A stretch of 64,000 nt of DNA from assembly GCA_964360675.1 (NCBI GenBank), contig CAYHXT010000001.1:10491-74490 (forward strand), written 5' to 3'. The stretch's first letter is position 1; each line of letters begins with the position of its first letter. Positions 27,981-36,135 of the stretch are shown here, one piece after another. The stretch comes from an uncultured Methanosarcinales archaeon (GTDB lineage: Archaea; Nanobdellota; Nanobdellia; Woesearchaeales; GW2011-AR9). Position numbers and translations under genes: made by a program. The notes beneath the pieces are model-generated. The model was given only the letters and a program-made list of their open reading frames with translations, made no database searches and had not been told where the DNA came from.

Positions 27981-29284
27981 TTTCTTCCTACCCCATAATA
28001 AGCAAATCCTTCTTCTTTTACCAGTTCCGGCTCATAGATATTTCTTCCGTCGAAAATAACTTTCTCTTCCATCAGCTTCCCGAGTTCTGCAAAGTTGATG
28101 CTTCTGAATTCATCCCATTCCGTGATCAGCACTATCGCCGAACTTCCTTTGGCGGCTTCTTCTACTGAATCGCAGTAGATGATACGTTTATTGAATATTT
28201 TTTCCGCTTCCCCAATAGCAGCGGGGTCGTATGCCTTTACTTTTGCCCCGGCGGAAAGAAGATCAAGGATTATTCGGATGGACGGCGCTTCCCGCATATC
28301 ATTGGTCTTTGGCTTGAATGAAAGGCCGAGAACGCTGAACGTCCTTCCTGCAATGTCGCCGTTGAAAACAGCAGTTATTTTTTGCACCATCCTTTTCTTC
28401 TGCCGTTCATTTACGGCATCCACTTCCTCAAAAAGCTTAGCGTGATATCCTTTCTGTTTAGCAGTAGCTATCAGCGCCTTGACATCTTTTGGAAAACAGC
28501 TGCCTCCGTAGCCAACTCCAGGGTTCATGAAACGGGGGGAGATCCGGTAATCCATACCCAAAGCCAGAGTTACAATCTTTACATCGGCTTCGACTTCATC
28601 GCAAATATTGGCCATCTCATTGATGAAAGAAATCTTAGTCGCTAGGAAAGTGTTATTGGCATACTTAATCGTCTCTGCCGTTTCCCAGTCTGTTTCAACG
28701 ATGGGAAGATAAGTTCGTAATCTCCCAGAATATACTTTTCTCATTATGGCCAGCGCCTTGTCGGAATTGCTGCCAAGCACTATTTTGTCGGGATAATTGA
28801 AAGCTCTTACTGCGTCGCCTTCGCGTAAAAATTCAGGATTAGCCACGACGTCAAAAATAATCGGCGTTTTAGTATTTTCGGCGATTATCAAAGCTGTTTT
28901 TCTGGTAGTTCCAGGCGGCACAGTACTTTTATTGACCACAACTTTGTATTCTTTTATGTTTTCTCCGATGGTCTTGGCGACCGCAAACACGTAACGGAGA
29001 TCTGCCGAACCATCTTCGCTGCAGGGCGTATTGACGCAATTGAATATGACTTCGCCAAAATTGGCCGCTTCCGTCGCATCAGTAGTAAACCGCAATCTCC
29101 CCTTTTTTTTGTTTTGGGCGACTAATTCAGGTAAACCCGGCTCGAAAAAAGGGAATTTTCCTTCCTCCAGCGATCTGATTCTTTCCTTATCTACATCCAT
29201 GCATAAGACGCTGTGACCAAGATTAGCTAAGCATGCAGCCGTAGTAAGCCCCACATAACCTACGCCGAAAACGCTGATTTTCAT
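27977..29284 (-). CDS. UDP-sugar 6-dehydrogenase (UDP-ManNAc/UDP-glucose dehydrogenase family)
   Basis: MKISVFGVGYVGLTTAACLANLGHSVLCMDVD NAD-binding N-terminus and a catalytic GGSCFPKD motif. Confidence 0.8.
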   Translation of the reverse strand: MKISVFGVGYVGLTTAACLANLGHSVLCMDVDKERIRSLEEGKFPFFEPGLPELVAQNKKKGRLRFTTDATEAANFGEVIFNCVNTPCSEDGSADLRYVFAVAKTIGENIKEYKVVVNKSTVPPGTTRKTALIIAENTKTPIIFDVVANPEFLREGDAVRAFNYPDKIVLGSNSDKALAIMRKVYSGRLRTYLPIVETDWETAETIKYANNTFLATKISFINEMANICDEVEADVKIVTLALGMDYRISPRFMNPGVGYGGSCFPKDVKALIATAKQKGYHAKLFEEVDAVNERQKKRMVQKITAVFNGDIAGRTFSVLGLSFKPKTNDMREAPSIRIILDLLSAGAKVKAYDPAAIGEAEKIFNKRIIYCDSVEEAAKGSSAIVLITEWDEFRSINFAELGKLMEEKVIFDGRNIYEPELVKEEGFAYYGVGRK

Positions 29285-30012
29285 TTTTCATACTCCTTTT
29301 TTGCTTCTTCTAGCGATTCAAAGTTTCCGATGTCGAACCAGTGCTGATCAAATACAAATCCGTGCACTTCAGAGTTTTTTGCCAAATATCTTATGAGGTT
29401 TCCCGGCGCATCAGCTTTTTCTGTTTTGACCAATGTTTCGATATGGAAAATATCTTCTTTCTTAAACAGGTAACACGCCGTACTAGCCAGGGAACTTTTT
29501 GGTTTAGCTGGTTTTTCTTCAAAATCTATTATTCTGCTCCCGTCAAGTATTCCCACGCCGTATTTTCCTTTTACTTTTTCCGGATTCTTGAGGTCATGAA
29601 AAGCTACCACTGAAGAATTCTTCTGCCGGAAAAAATGCACCAGTTCCGGAAGAGGGAACCCAAAAAGATTATCTCCGGCTATGACCAACAGATCGTCTTT
29701 AATCCTTTTATGTTTAATTACGAAATGGATGTCCCCTATTGCGCCCAGGCGGTCTTCATTGCTTTTAGTGCCGTCATTTATCATTTCAATCCTAAGCGGA
29801 GTTTTTATATTTTTTTCCGCCGCGATAAAGGAGGGATAGAATTTGTCGTTGGTTACTATATACACTTCTTTAATATTTTTAATTTCTTCTATCTTAGAGA
29901 GAATATGTTCAATTATGAGCTTATTGCCCACTTTTAGAAGGGGTTTGGGCTGATGTTCTGTCAATGGATAAAGCCTAGTCGCATAACCAGCCGCTAATAT
30001 GAGTGCCTGCAT
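29281..30012 (-). CDS. sugar-1-phosphate nucleotidyltransferase
   Basis: MQALILAAGYATRLYPLT motif. 243 aa. Confidence 0.7.
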   Translation of the reverse strand: MQALILAAGYATRLYPLTEHQPKPLLKVGNKLIIEHILSKIEEIKNIKEVYIVTNDKFYPSFIAAEKNIKTPLRIEMINDGTKSNEDRLGAIGDIHFVIKHKRIKDDLLVIAGDNLFGFPLPELVHFFRQKNSSVVAFHDLKNPEKVKGKYGVGILDGSRIIDFEEKPAKPKSSLASTACYLFKKEDIFHIETLVKTEKADAPGNLIRYLAKNSEVHGFVFDQHWFDIGNFESLEEAKKEYEK

Positions 30013-30109
30013 AAGATAAAAACAAAAGAAAATGCTTTAAAAGGATTATGGAAGATAGGAAGTTAAAAATGAGAACTTTACAGCTAAAAATAATAAAGTA
30101 GATAAAAAA

Positions 30110-30230
30110 GAGTGGACAGCTTACCGGGGTTCCCGCACACTAATGCAGTAAAGCCCAGTACGGAGACGCGCTTAACTTCGGAGTTCGAAATGGGATCCGG
30201 TGAACCACGCCCCTATGACCGTCCATATGC
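30110..30230 (-). rRNA. rrf: 5S ribosomal RNA (orphan copy)
   Basis: The reverse complement reads ATGGACGGTCATAGGGGCGTGGTTCACCGGATCCCATTTCGAACTCCGAAGTTAAGCGCGTCTCCGTACTGGG...GGGAACCCCGGTAAGCTGTCCA. It contains the universal CCCAT(T/A)CCGAAC..GAAGTTAAGC loop B/C core. Helix I ends pair (TGGACGG / CTGTCCA). Confidence 0.7.
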
Positions 30231-30311
30231 TTAGTTTTTCCTTCCATTTAAAAAGATTACGACTTTTTTTTCATAATTCTTTAAATAACAGCCATAATTC
30301 TTACCATAATA

Positions 30312-32099
30312 ATGGTGGTTCTGGATACGGCAATTATTCTGGCGGGCGGGTTAGGAGCCAGACTCAGGCCTCTTACAGAAGCAATCCCCAAACCTTTAGT
30401 TCCGGTTCACGGAAAACCTATCCTTGAACATACCATCAAACAGCTTTCCAAACACGGCGTTAAGAACATTATCATTTCTGTTGGATATAAAGCTCAACAA
30501 ATCATGGAATGTTTTGGCGATGGTTCAAGATGGAAGCTTAAAATATCTTATATTGTGGAATTAGAACCTTTGGGTACCGGCGGCGCAGTTAAAAAAGCAG
30601 CGTTGGGATTACAAAAACCTTTCCTGTTGGTTTGGGGGGATAATCTGATGGATATCAATTATTCTCAGATGAAGAAAGAGTTCTATGAAAATAATGCTTC
30701 CATCATGATGGCGCTCACGCACCGGGAAGATGTAGAAAATTTCGGGGTGGCCAAATTAGATAAAAATAAAATTGCGGCTTTCATAGAAAAGCCAAAACGG
30801 GAAGATGCTCCCTCCACTTTTATCAATGCAGGAGCTTTTGTCTTGGATCCTTCCTGCCTGAGAATTCTACCTGAAGGCAAGTCTTCTATTGAAAAGGATT
30901 GTTTTGAAAAGCTGGCTTTGCTGGGAGAGATATTTGCATTCATCCACAAGGGGCAATGGTTCCCTACCGATACGCTGGAAAAGTATCATCATGCCAACGC
31001 TTATTTTCAGCCAGATATCAATCTAAAAGAAAAAAAGGTAATCATTGCCGACGTGGACGACACTATCTGCGAAACCTGCCAGCAGATTTCTGCAGAGATG
31101 GCTGAACAAATCTCGCGCATGATCAAAAATGGATATGAATTTGCCTTTATCAGCGGAACTAAAATAGATGATCTGCAAAAAATGATATCTTCAAGGGTAA
31201 AAGGCAAACATCATCTTCTGGCTACAACCGGAACCAATTATGCCGTAGTGGAGGATGATAAAGCGGAAGTAAAATATGCTCTTCTTTTCTCAGAAGAAGA
31301 AAAAAAAGAAATCCTGCTTGCATTTGAGAAATTAATATCTCATTTTAATATAAATTCTGTTACCACCAAAGAAGATCAGCTGCAGGACAGAGGTTCGCAA
31401 ATCACTCTTTCTGCCATCGGCCGAAACGCGCCGTTGGAATTGAAACAGAAATACGACCCCGATGCCTCAAAGAGGAAAACATGGGTTGAATTTCTAACGT
31501 GGCATCTGGATGAAACCAAATACGATATAAACATCGGCGGAACTACGTCCATAGACGTGACGCGCGGCGGGTCGGATAAAGAGCAGGGCATAAGAAAGTT
31601 CGCTGAGCACAATGCCTTTCCGCTGGACAGCATTCTCTTTATAGGAGATAAAATCTTTCCCGGAGGAAACGATTTTCCGGCAACTAAAATAGTTGATTGT
31701 ATTTCCGTTAAATCTCCGTATTATACCCTCAAGGAATTGCGGAAACTAGAAATTATGAACGAGATTATAACTGTGGAAAAACCATGGGGAAATTTTGAAC
31801 GATTTACCTGCAATGGCCCTTCTACAGTGAAAATATTGGAAATCGAACCGAATAATCGGCTTTCATTACAATCTCATCGGCATCGCGATGAGTTATGGGT
31901 GGCGCTCGATGAGGGGGCAGTCGCAGAAATAGATGGCTTGAAATTCCCCCTTAATCGCGGCGGAAAAATAGTTGTGCTTAGGGGCACGAAACATCGCATT
32001 TATTCTGCCAACGAGAAAGTAAGGGTGTTAGAGATATCTTTTGGTATTTTTAACGAAGATGATATAATAAGATATGAAGATGATTTCGGAAGAATTTAA
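30312..32099 (+). CDS. tri-domain fusion: mannose-1-phosphate guanylyltransferase-like NTP-transferase + eukaryotic-type (HAD-IIB) phosphomannomutase + C-terminal cupin (type II PMI-like)
   Basis: Residues 1-230: VLDTAIILAGGLGARLRPLTEAIPKPL. Residues 235-455: VIIADVDDTICE (DxD HAD motif I), TSIDVTRGGSDK and FPGGNDFP, which parallel eukaryotic PMM FDVFPEGWDK / SPGGNDFE. Residues 470-595: WGNFERF...SLQSHRHRDELW cupin. Confidence 0.65.
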   Translation: MVVLDTAIILAGGLGARLRPLTEAIPKPLVPVHGKPILEHTIKQLSKHGVKNIIISVGYKAQQIMECFGDGSRWKLKISYIVELEPLGTGGAVKKAALGLQKPFLLVWGDNLMDINYSQMKKEFYENNASIMMALTHREDVENFGVAKLDKNKIAAFIEKPKREDAPSTFINAGAFVLDPSCLRILPEGKSSIEKDCFEKLALLGEIFAFIHKGQWFPTDTLEKYHHANAYFQPDINLKEKKVIIADVDDTICETCQQISAEMAEQISRMIKNGYEFAFISGTKIDDLQKMISSRVKGKHHLLATTGTNYAVVEDDKAEVKYALLFSEEEKKEILLAFEKLISHFNINSVTTKEDQLQDRGSQITLSAIGRNAPLELKQKYDPDASKRKTWVEFLTWHLDETKYDINIGGTTSIDVTRGGSDKEQGIRKFAEHNAFPLDSILFIGDKIFPGGNDFPATKIVDCISVKSPYYTLKELRKLEIMNEIITVEKPWGNFERFTCNGPSTVKILEIEPNNRLSLQSHRHRDELWVALDEGAVAEIDGLKFPLNRGGKIVVLRGTKHRIYSANEKVRVLEISFGIFNEDDIIRYEDDFGRI

Positions 32100-32138
32100 A
32101 AAAATATAAAAATAATTTTTTGAAGTCAAGGTAAAAAA

Positions 32139-32172
32139 AGAAAAGGGTTGCTTTTCTTGATTTTTGTTCAAT
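32139..32172. terminator. candidate bidirectional terminator between convergent 30312-32099 (+) and csp (-)
   Basis: GAAAAGggttgCTTTTC stem-loop followed by a TTGATTTTTGTT T-rich run. The stem is AT-rich, so it is weak. Confidence 0.25.
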
Positions 32173-32177
32173 GCTTT

Positions 32178-32441
32178 TTAAGCTTCGTCTTCGTCAGATT
32201 CTTCAGAATCTTCACGAGGCGTTTCTTGCACAGGACTAGCTTGTCCTTTCTCAAGCAATTGAACATTTTGAGCTTGCTTTCCTCGTTCGGTGTCGACAGC
32301 ATCGAAAGATACTTTATCGTTTTCACGTAATCTTAATCCTCGAGGCACTGCAGTGTAGTGCACAAAGTATTCCTGTCCATCAGTTGAAACGATGAAACCG
32401 TATCCTTTTTTTCCGTCAAACCATTTTACTGTTCCTTCCAT
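32178..32441 (-). CDS. cspA: cold-shock protein (CspA family) with acidic C-terminal extension
   Basis: MEGTVKWFDGKKGYGFI...VHY RNP motifs. GGAGGAG SD 7 nt upstream of the internal ATG chosen as start. About 25-aa Glu/Asp/Ser-rich tail. Confidence 0.85.
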   Translation of the reverse strand: MEGTVKWFDGKKGYGFIVSTDGQEYFVHYTAVPRGLRLRENDKVSFDAVDTERGKQAQNVQLLEKGQASPVQETPREDSEESDEDEA

Positions 32442-32609
32442 TTTATTTACTCCTCCTAAAGAATACGCCCGGCAAGATACCCAGCGCATTTACTTGTGTT
32501 TCCTTATCCAAACCATCTGATTTATAAATCTACCCCTCATTAATTTGATTTTTGAGTAGACTAATAGTTTTGAACGCCCCACGGAAAATCTAACCTTAAA
32601 TTTCCGTAA

Positions 32610-33605
32610 TCACATCTTCTGTGCTTTTTTTTCAGTCATACTATACCTGCCGTAGAAAGTTAGTATCAGCGCTCCTACAGCAACGAGAAAATAATAAGCT
32701 ATTACTCTATCTAGCAACACGCCGCTGGTTACCAATCCTTTCGGCAGGGAGGGGACCAGCTGCGTGATTATTTCTGCTGCCGAGAGTTCTGTTACCCCTA
32801 TTCCGCCAGGGATCATGGTGACTACACCTATAAGAATGGAGGCAGTAAAAGCAAACCCTACCGCTGCCAGTGAGACGCCAAGACCGGCCATCTGCAGCAG
32901 CAAATAAAAGCGGACTATTTCTATCCCGTTGATTGCTATGGAAAATAAAGTCATGCCGGTGACGTATCTTTTTTCTAATCGCGATAACCCTTCAAAAAAA
33001 GAAGTTAAGAACTGCCGTATTTTTTCCCTGGCGTTTTCTTTTCTTACAAATATAAACAGGAATCTTTCTATTATAGAAATCCAATAGGGCGTGAAAATCG
33101 TCACAAAGAAAAAGAAAATCAATACAATAATTACCGCTACTAATGCTGGCAATATGAAACTTATACTGATGGAGGTTGATAAAAAGAGTATGCCTAAGGT
33201 CATAATTATCAATAAGGAAACTAGATCCATTACTCTTTCTATGCTTAGCGCCGAAACGGAACGGGAAAGCGGGACGTCGTACTCGGTTTTCAGCATGAGC
33301 GGCCGGGTTAACTCTATTCTGCCAGGTACGATACTGCTGCCGGCAATTCCCGCTAAGACCGTGCTGAAAGAAAATTTCAGCGGTATTTTGACCGCAGTTA
33401 TCTTGTGAATAAGCAACTGCCACCGCACCGCTTTTAAAAATAGGTCTAATGCCGTTAGTGATAATAAGATGATTATATTTATCAATCCTATCTCCCGCAA
33501 GCTCAATGAAAGCAATTCAGAGGGGATATTTTTTATGAATATTATCAGGATAATTACTCCAATTAAAGGCAAGACATAATTTTTTAGCACTTTTTTTGTT
33601 ATCAC
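32610..33605 (-). CDS. polytopic membrane protein, UPF0104/flippase-like (MprF-TM-like) family
   Basis: 331 aa, about 8 TM. Its profile resembles the lysyl-PG synthase TM/flippase-like proteins often encoded next to GT2/GT-C genes. Confidence 0.4.
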   Translation of the reverse strand: MITKKVLKNYVLPLIGVIILIIFIKNIPSELLSLSLREIGLINIIILLSLTALDLFLKAVRWQLLIHKITAVKIPLKFSFSTVLAGIAGSSIVPGRIELTRPLMLKTEYDVPLSRSVSALSIERVMDLVSLLIIMTLGILFLSTSISISFILPALVAVIIVLIFFFFVTIFTPYWISIIERFLFIFVRKENAREKIRQFLTSFFEGLSRLEKRYVTGMTLFSIAINGIEIVRFYLLLQMAGLGVSLAAVGFAFTASILIGVVTMIPGGIGVTELSAAEIITQLVPSLPKGLVTSGVLLDRVIAYYFLVAVGALILTFYGRYSMTEKKAQKM

Positions 33606-33729
33606 TGCCTTAGTAAGCAGTTTTTGTTTTATATGCTTTGTGCAAAAAGCAGCTAGAGATTGGTTGTTTTACCAAGGAGCGATAAGTTTAAATAAACTTT
33701 GGCGGTGAACAGGTCATGGGCGGTTTGCA

Positions 33730-35484
33730 GTGAAGATTTCTAAAACATTTGGATATTTGTTCTTAATTTTCCTGCTAGCTCTAATTTTACGATTTCTTGC
33801 GGCTTCCTATGTTGATGTGGGCACCGATGAGATGATTTATTCCATCATACCGCTGAATATCATTTCTGCCGGAAGGCTGGGAACGGTAGAGCAGTCTCCA
33901 TTATATTTTTATTTGGCCGATGTCGGATATACCTTTAGTGGAGGTTTAGGACAAATTACTGCTCGGTTGCCTTCCATTATTTTTGGTTCGCTGGCGGTTT
34001 TTTTAGTGTATCTGCTTTCCTTGGAAATGTTTGCTAATAAGAAAGCCGCTTACATCTCTTCGTTTTTGTGGGCGTTATCGGGATATGCGTTGCGGCACAA
34101 TGGTGAGATGGATATGTCTGCTTTTTTCTTTGCTTTATTGAGCCTGTTTTTGTTTATTCGCGCCCTTAAAACCGAATCGCCGAAGTTTTTTTATCTCTCA
34201 GCCATTAGTTTTGGTTTGGCAGTAATGATAAAAAATATTGTGGTCCTATTTGTTCCCGCTTATTTGTTGGTTTTTTGGCTGAAGCAACGAAAAGAAAAAG
34301 CTCTTTCCAAGTCTGCGCTAAAAACAATGATTATAAGCGTGGTTATTTTTCTAGCAGTGCTGATCCCTATATTTGCTTATAATTACCTCACTTATACTTA
34401 TACTAAAGAAGGAATAACCGATGTTTATTTTTCTACTATGCTGGGCATAGGCAAGACCGTACATGCGGGCATGGAGTCTAAACCCTGGGAGTTCTCAAGA
34501 GTATTGCATGTGACAAAAGAGATATTTACGCAATTATTTAAATGGGAAATAATCACTGTCATAGGCGGAGCTCTTGGTACTGCCCTCTGCCTGCGAAAAA
34601 ACAATTGGGTGAAATATAAAGAAGGTTTCCTGCTACTATGGATTTCGTTATTATCTCTTCCTGCTTACGTGGGTGGTTCGACAGCCAGTTCAACACATTA
34701 TTTGTGGGTCCCTATGGTTTTAAGTATTTTTGCTGGATACGGTATTTTTTCAGTTCATGAAATGATATTAAAGAGATTTTCTTTTAAGTATAGTTTGCAT
34801 CTAATTTTGTTAATAGCTATAATAATAAATGTCTTATTTTTCAGTTGGCTAGTACAGAAATATACTTCTGCCAGCACGGTTCCTTTATGGGAATTTGTGC
34901 ATGAAAACATTCCTGAAGATGCTATAGTGGTTATCGATCCGCGGATTTATAGAGGCGTTAATGCTTGGGTTTTTAACGACCGACATTATTTAGAAGGGGG
35001 GCATTTCCCATTGTTGCAGGAAGCTATTGAAAAATCCGCAGGAGCAAAGCAAGAAATCCCCCTTTATTATTTAGAATGCGGCAAGGATAGCGACTACATC
35101 TACTGTGGATGGAAGCCGGAAGATTTTGAAAGAATAAAAAGTGCCGGAGAACAGCTTAGCGCATTTTTAGTGCCGTCGATGCAAAAAGTTGCAGAGATAA
35201 AAACATCAACCCATTTCGTGCTTTACCAAGGGACTATCAATGCTCCGCGACGAGTTTACAACTTCATTGATGGAACCCATACGTTCTGGTTTTATCCGGT
35301 GGGTTGGAGGGGCGGGTCAGCAGTAGATGATTATACTGCCCGCGGAATTGGTGTTTTAGTAAATTTACTGGGGTTCCTAGTGCTCTATCTGGATCTGCTC
35401 TTAGCTTTGGCAGCGATACCGTTTGTTTTTTATCTAACGAATAAAAGGGGGGAAAATATTACTCCTCAAGAAAACAAACAATGA
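33730..35484 (+). CDS. GT-C superfamily membrane glycosyltransferase (ArnT/PMT-like), third paralog
   Basis: 584 aa. N-terminal polytopic region with an early acidic loop (DVGTDEM), a C-terminal soluble domain, then two further TM helices. Confidence 0.5.
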   Translation: MKISKTFGYLFLIFLLALILRFLAASYVDVGTDEMIYSIIPLNIISAGRLGTVEQSPLYFYLADVGYTFSGGLGQITARLPSIIFGSLAVFLVYLLSLEMFANKKAAYISSFLWALSGYALRHNGEMDMSAFFFALLSLFLFIRALKTESPKFFYLSAISFGLAVMIKNIVVLFVPAYLLVFWLKQRKEKALSKSALKTMIISVVIFLAVLIPIFAYNYLTYTYTKEGITDVYFSTMLGIGKTVHAGMESKPWEFSRVLHVTKEIFTQLFKWEIITVIGGALGTALCLRKNNWVKYKEGFLLLWISLLSLPAYVGGSTASSTHYLWVPMVLSIFAGYGIFSVHEMILKRFSFKYSLHLILLIAIIINVLFFSWLVQKYTSASTVPLWEFVHENIPEDAIVVIDPRIYRGVNAWVFNDRHYLEGGHFPLLQEAIEKSAGAKQEIPLYYLECGKDSDYIYCGWKPEDFERIKSAGEQLSAFLVPSMQKVAEIKTSTHFVLYQGTINAPRRVYNFIDGTHTFWFYPVGWRGGSAVDDYTARGIGVLVNLLGFLVLYLDLLLALAAIPFVFYLTNKRGENITPQENKQ

Positions 35485-35647
35485 TTTGTTTTCCACAAAA
35501 AGTGAAGAATTCACTTTTGTGCACAAGAAATGAGATTGTTTTCTCATTTCTGTGCTGAAAATAAGTATTTTCTTATTTTCATGCACAAATAGGATAATTT
35601 CCTATTTTGTGTGAGCAGAAATGCGGCATTTTTCACATTTCTTGCTC
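35471..35647. repeat. tandem array of five or six different near-perfect palindromes (28-34 bp each) in the leader of the 35692 operon
   Basis: Read directly: AAAACAAA-caatga-TTTGTTTT; CACAAAAAGTGAAgaaTTCACTTTTGTG; CACAAGAAATGAGAttgttTCTCATTTCTGTG; GAAAATAAGtatttCTTATTTTC; CACAAATAGGAtaatttCCTATTTTGTG; GCAGAAATGcggcatttttCACATTTCTTGC. Confidence 0.6.
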
Positions 35648-35691
35648 CATAACCTTTTTATATCATCGTTTCCGAATATTTAGGGGCCATT

Positions 35692-36135
35692 ATGAAAGAA
35701 ATTGAGAACGTGGAGTACAAAGGCAGGACTTTGGCCGTAGTTGTGCGGGCTCATGCCCTGCGCGAGCTTAAATCAGCAGGAAATAAAGTTTCCTTTGCCA
35801 CTCCAGAACACTTCCCCCTTCAAATGGGCATTCACGCCAGACTTAAAGGTGACATAGTTTCTGCCCACTTCCACAGGCCTTTTCAGGAGCTGAAAAATCT
35901 GCCAGTTCAAGAGTTTTTTCATGTTAAATCTGGAAAAGTCAAGATAGAATTATATGATGAGCGGGAAAATGATGCAAAAGTGTCGGAAATTATTGCTGAA
36001 GATGGCGACATGTTAATCTTAAACACCGGACACGGGATGACTTTTTTAGAAGATACTGAATTGGTGGAATTAAAGCAAGGGCCTTACAGAGGAAGAGAAG
36101 AAGAAAAAAGATTCGTTGGCGGGGTAAAAAAATGA
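35692..36135 (+). CDS. WxcM-like cupin (FdtA-type NDP-4-keto-6-deoxyhexose 3,4-ketoisomerase candidate)
   Basis: 147 aa single cupin barrel (HxH-like SAHFHRP, FHVKSGKVKIELYD) located directly upstream of a DegT aminotransferase. Confidence 0.5.
   Translation: MKEIENVEYKGRTLAVVVRAHALRELKSAGNKVSFATPEHFPLQMGIHARLKGDIVSAHFHRPFQELKNLPVQEFFHVKSGKVKIELYDERENDAKVSEIIAEDGDMLILNTGHGMTFLEDTELVELKQGPYRGREEEKRFVGGVKK

Noticed and set aside
30175-30200. GGAGTTCGAAATGGGATCC, which resembles a tRNA T-arm (GGTTCGAAT)
   Set aside because: It is the reverse-complement face of the 5S rRNA loop C region (CCCATTTCGAACTCC). No acceptor or anticodon stem context for a tRNA is present.
26916-35484. Possibility that the window is archaeal (PMT-like GT-C, DPM1-like GT2, DUF354, eukaryotic-type PMM)
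   Set aside because: The CspA-type cold-shock gene with a GGAGGAG SD, the NodU, ArnB/GtrA, Wzx and TagD/TagF-like content, and the bacterial-type 5S loop sequence fit a bacterium better. An archaeal source is not strictly excluded without a search.
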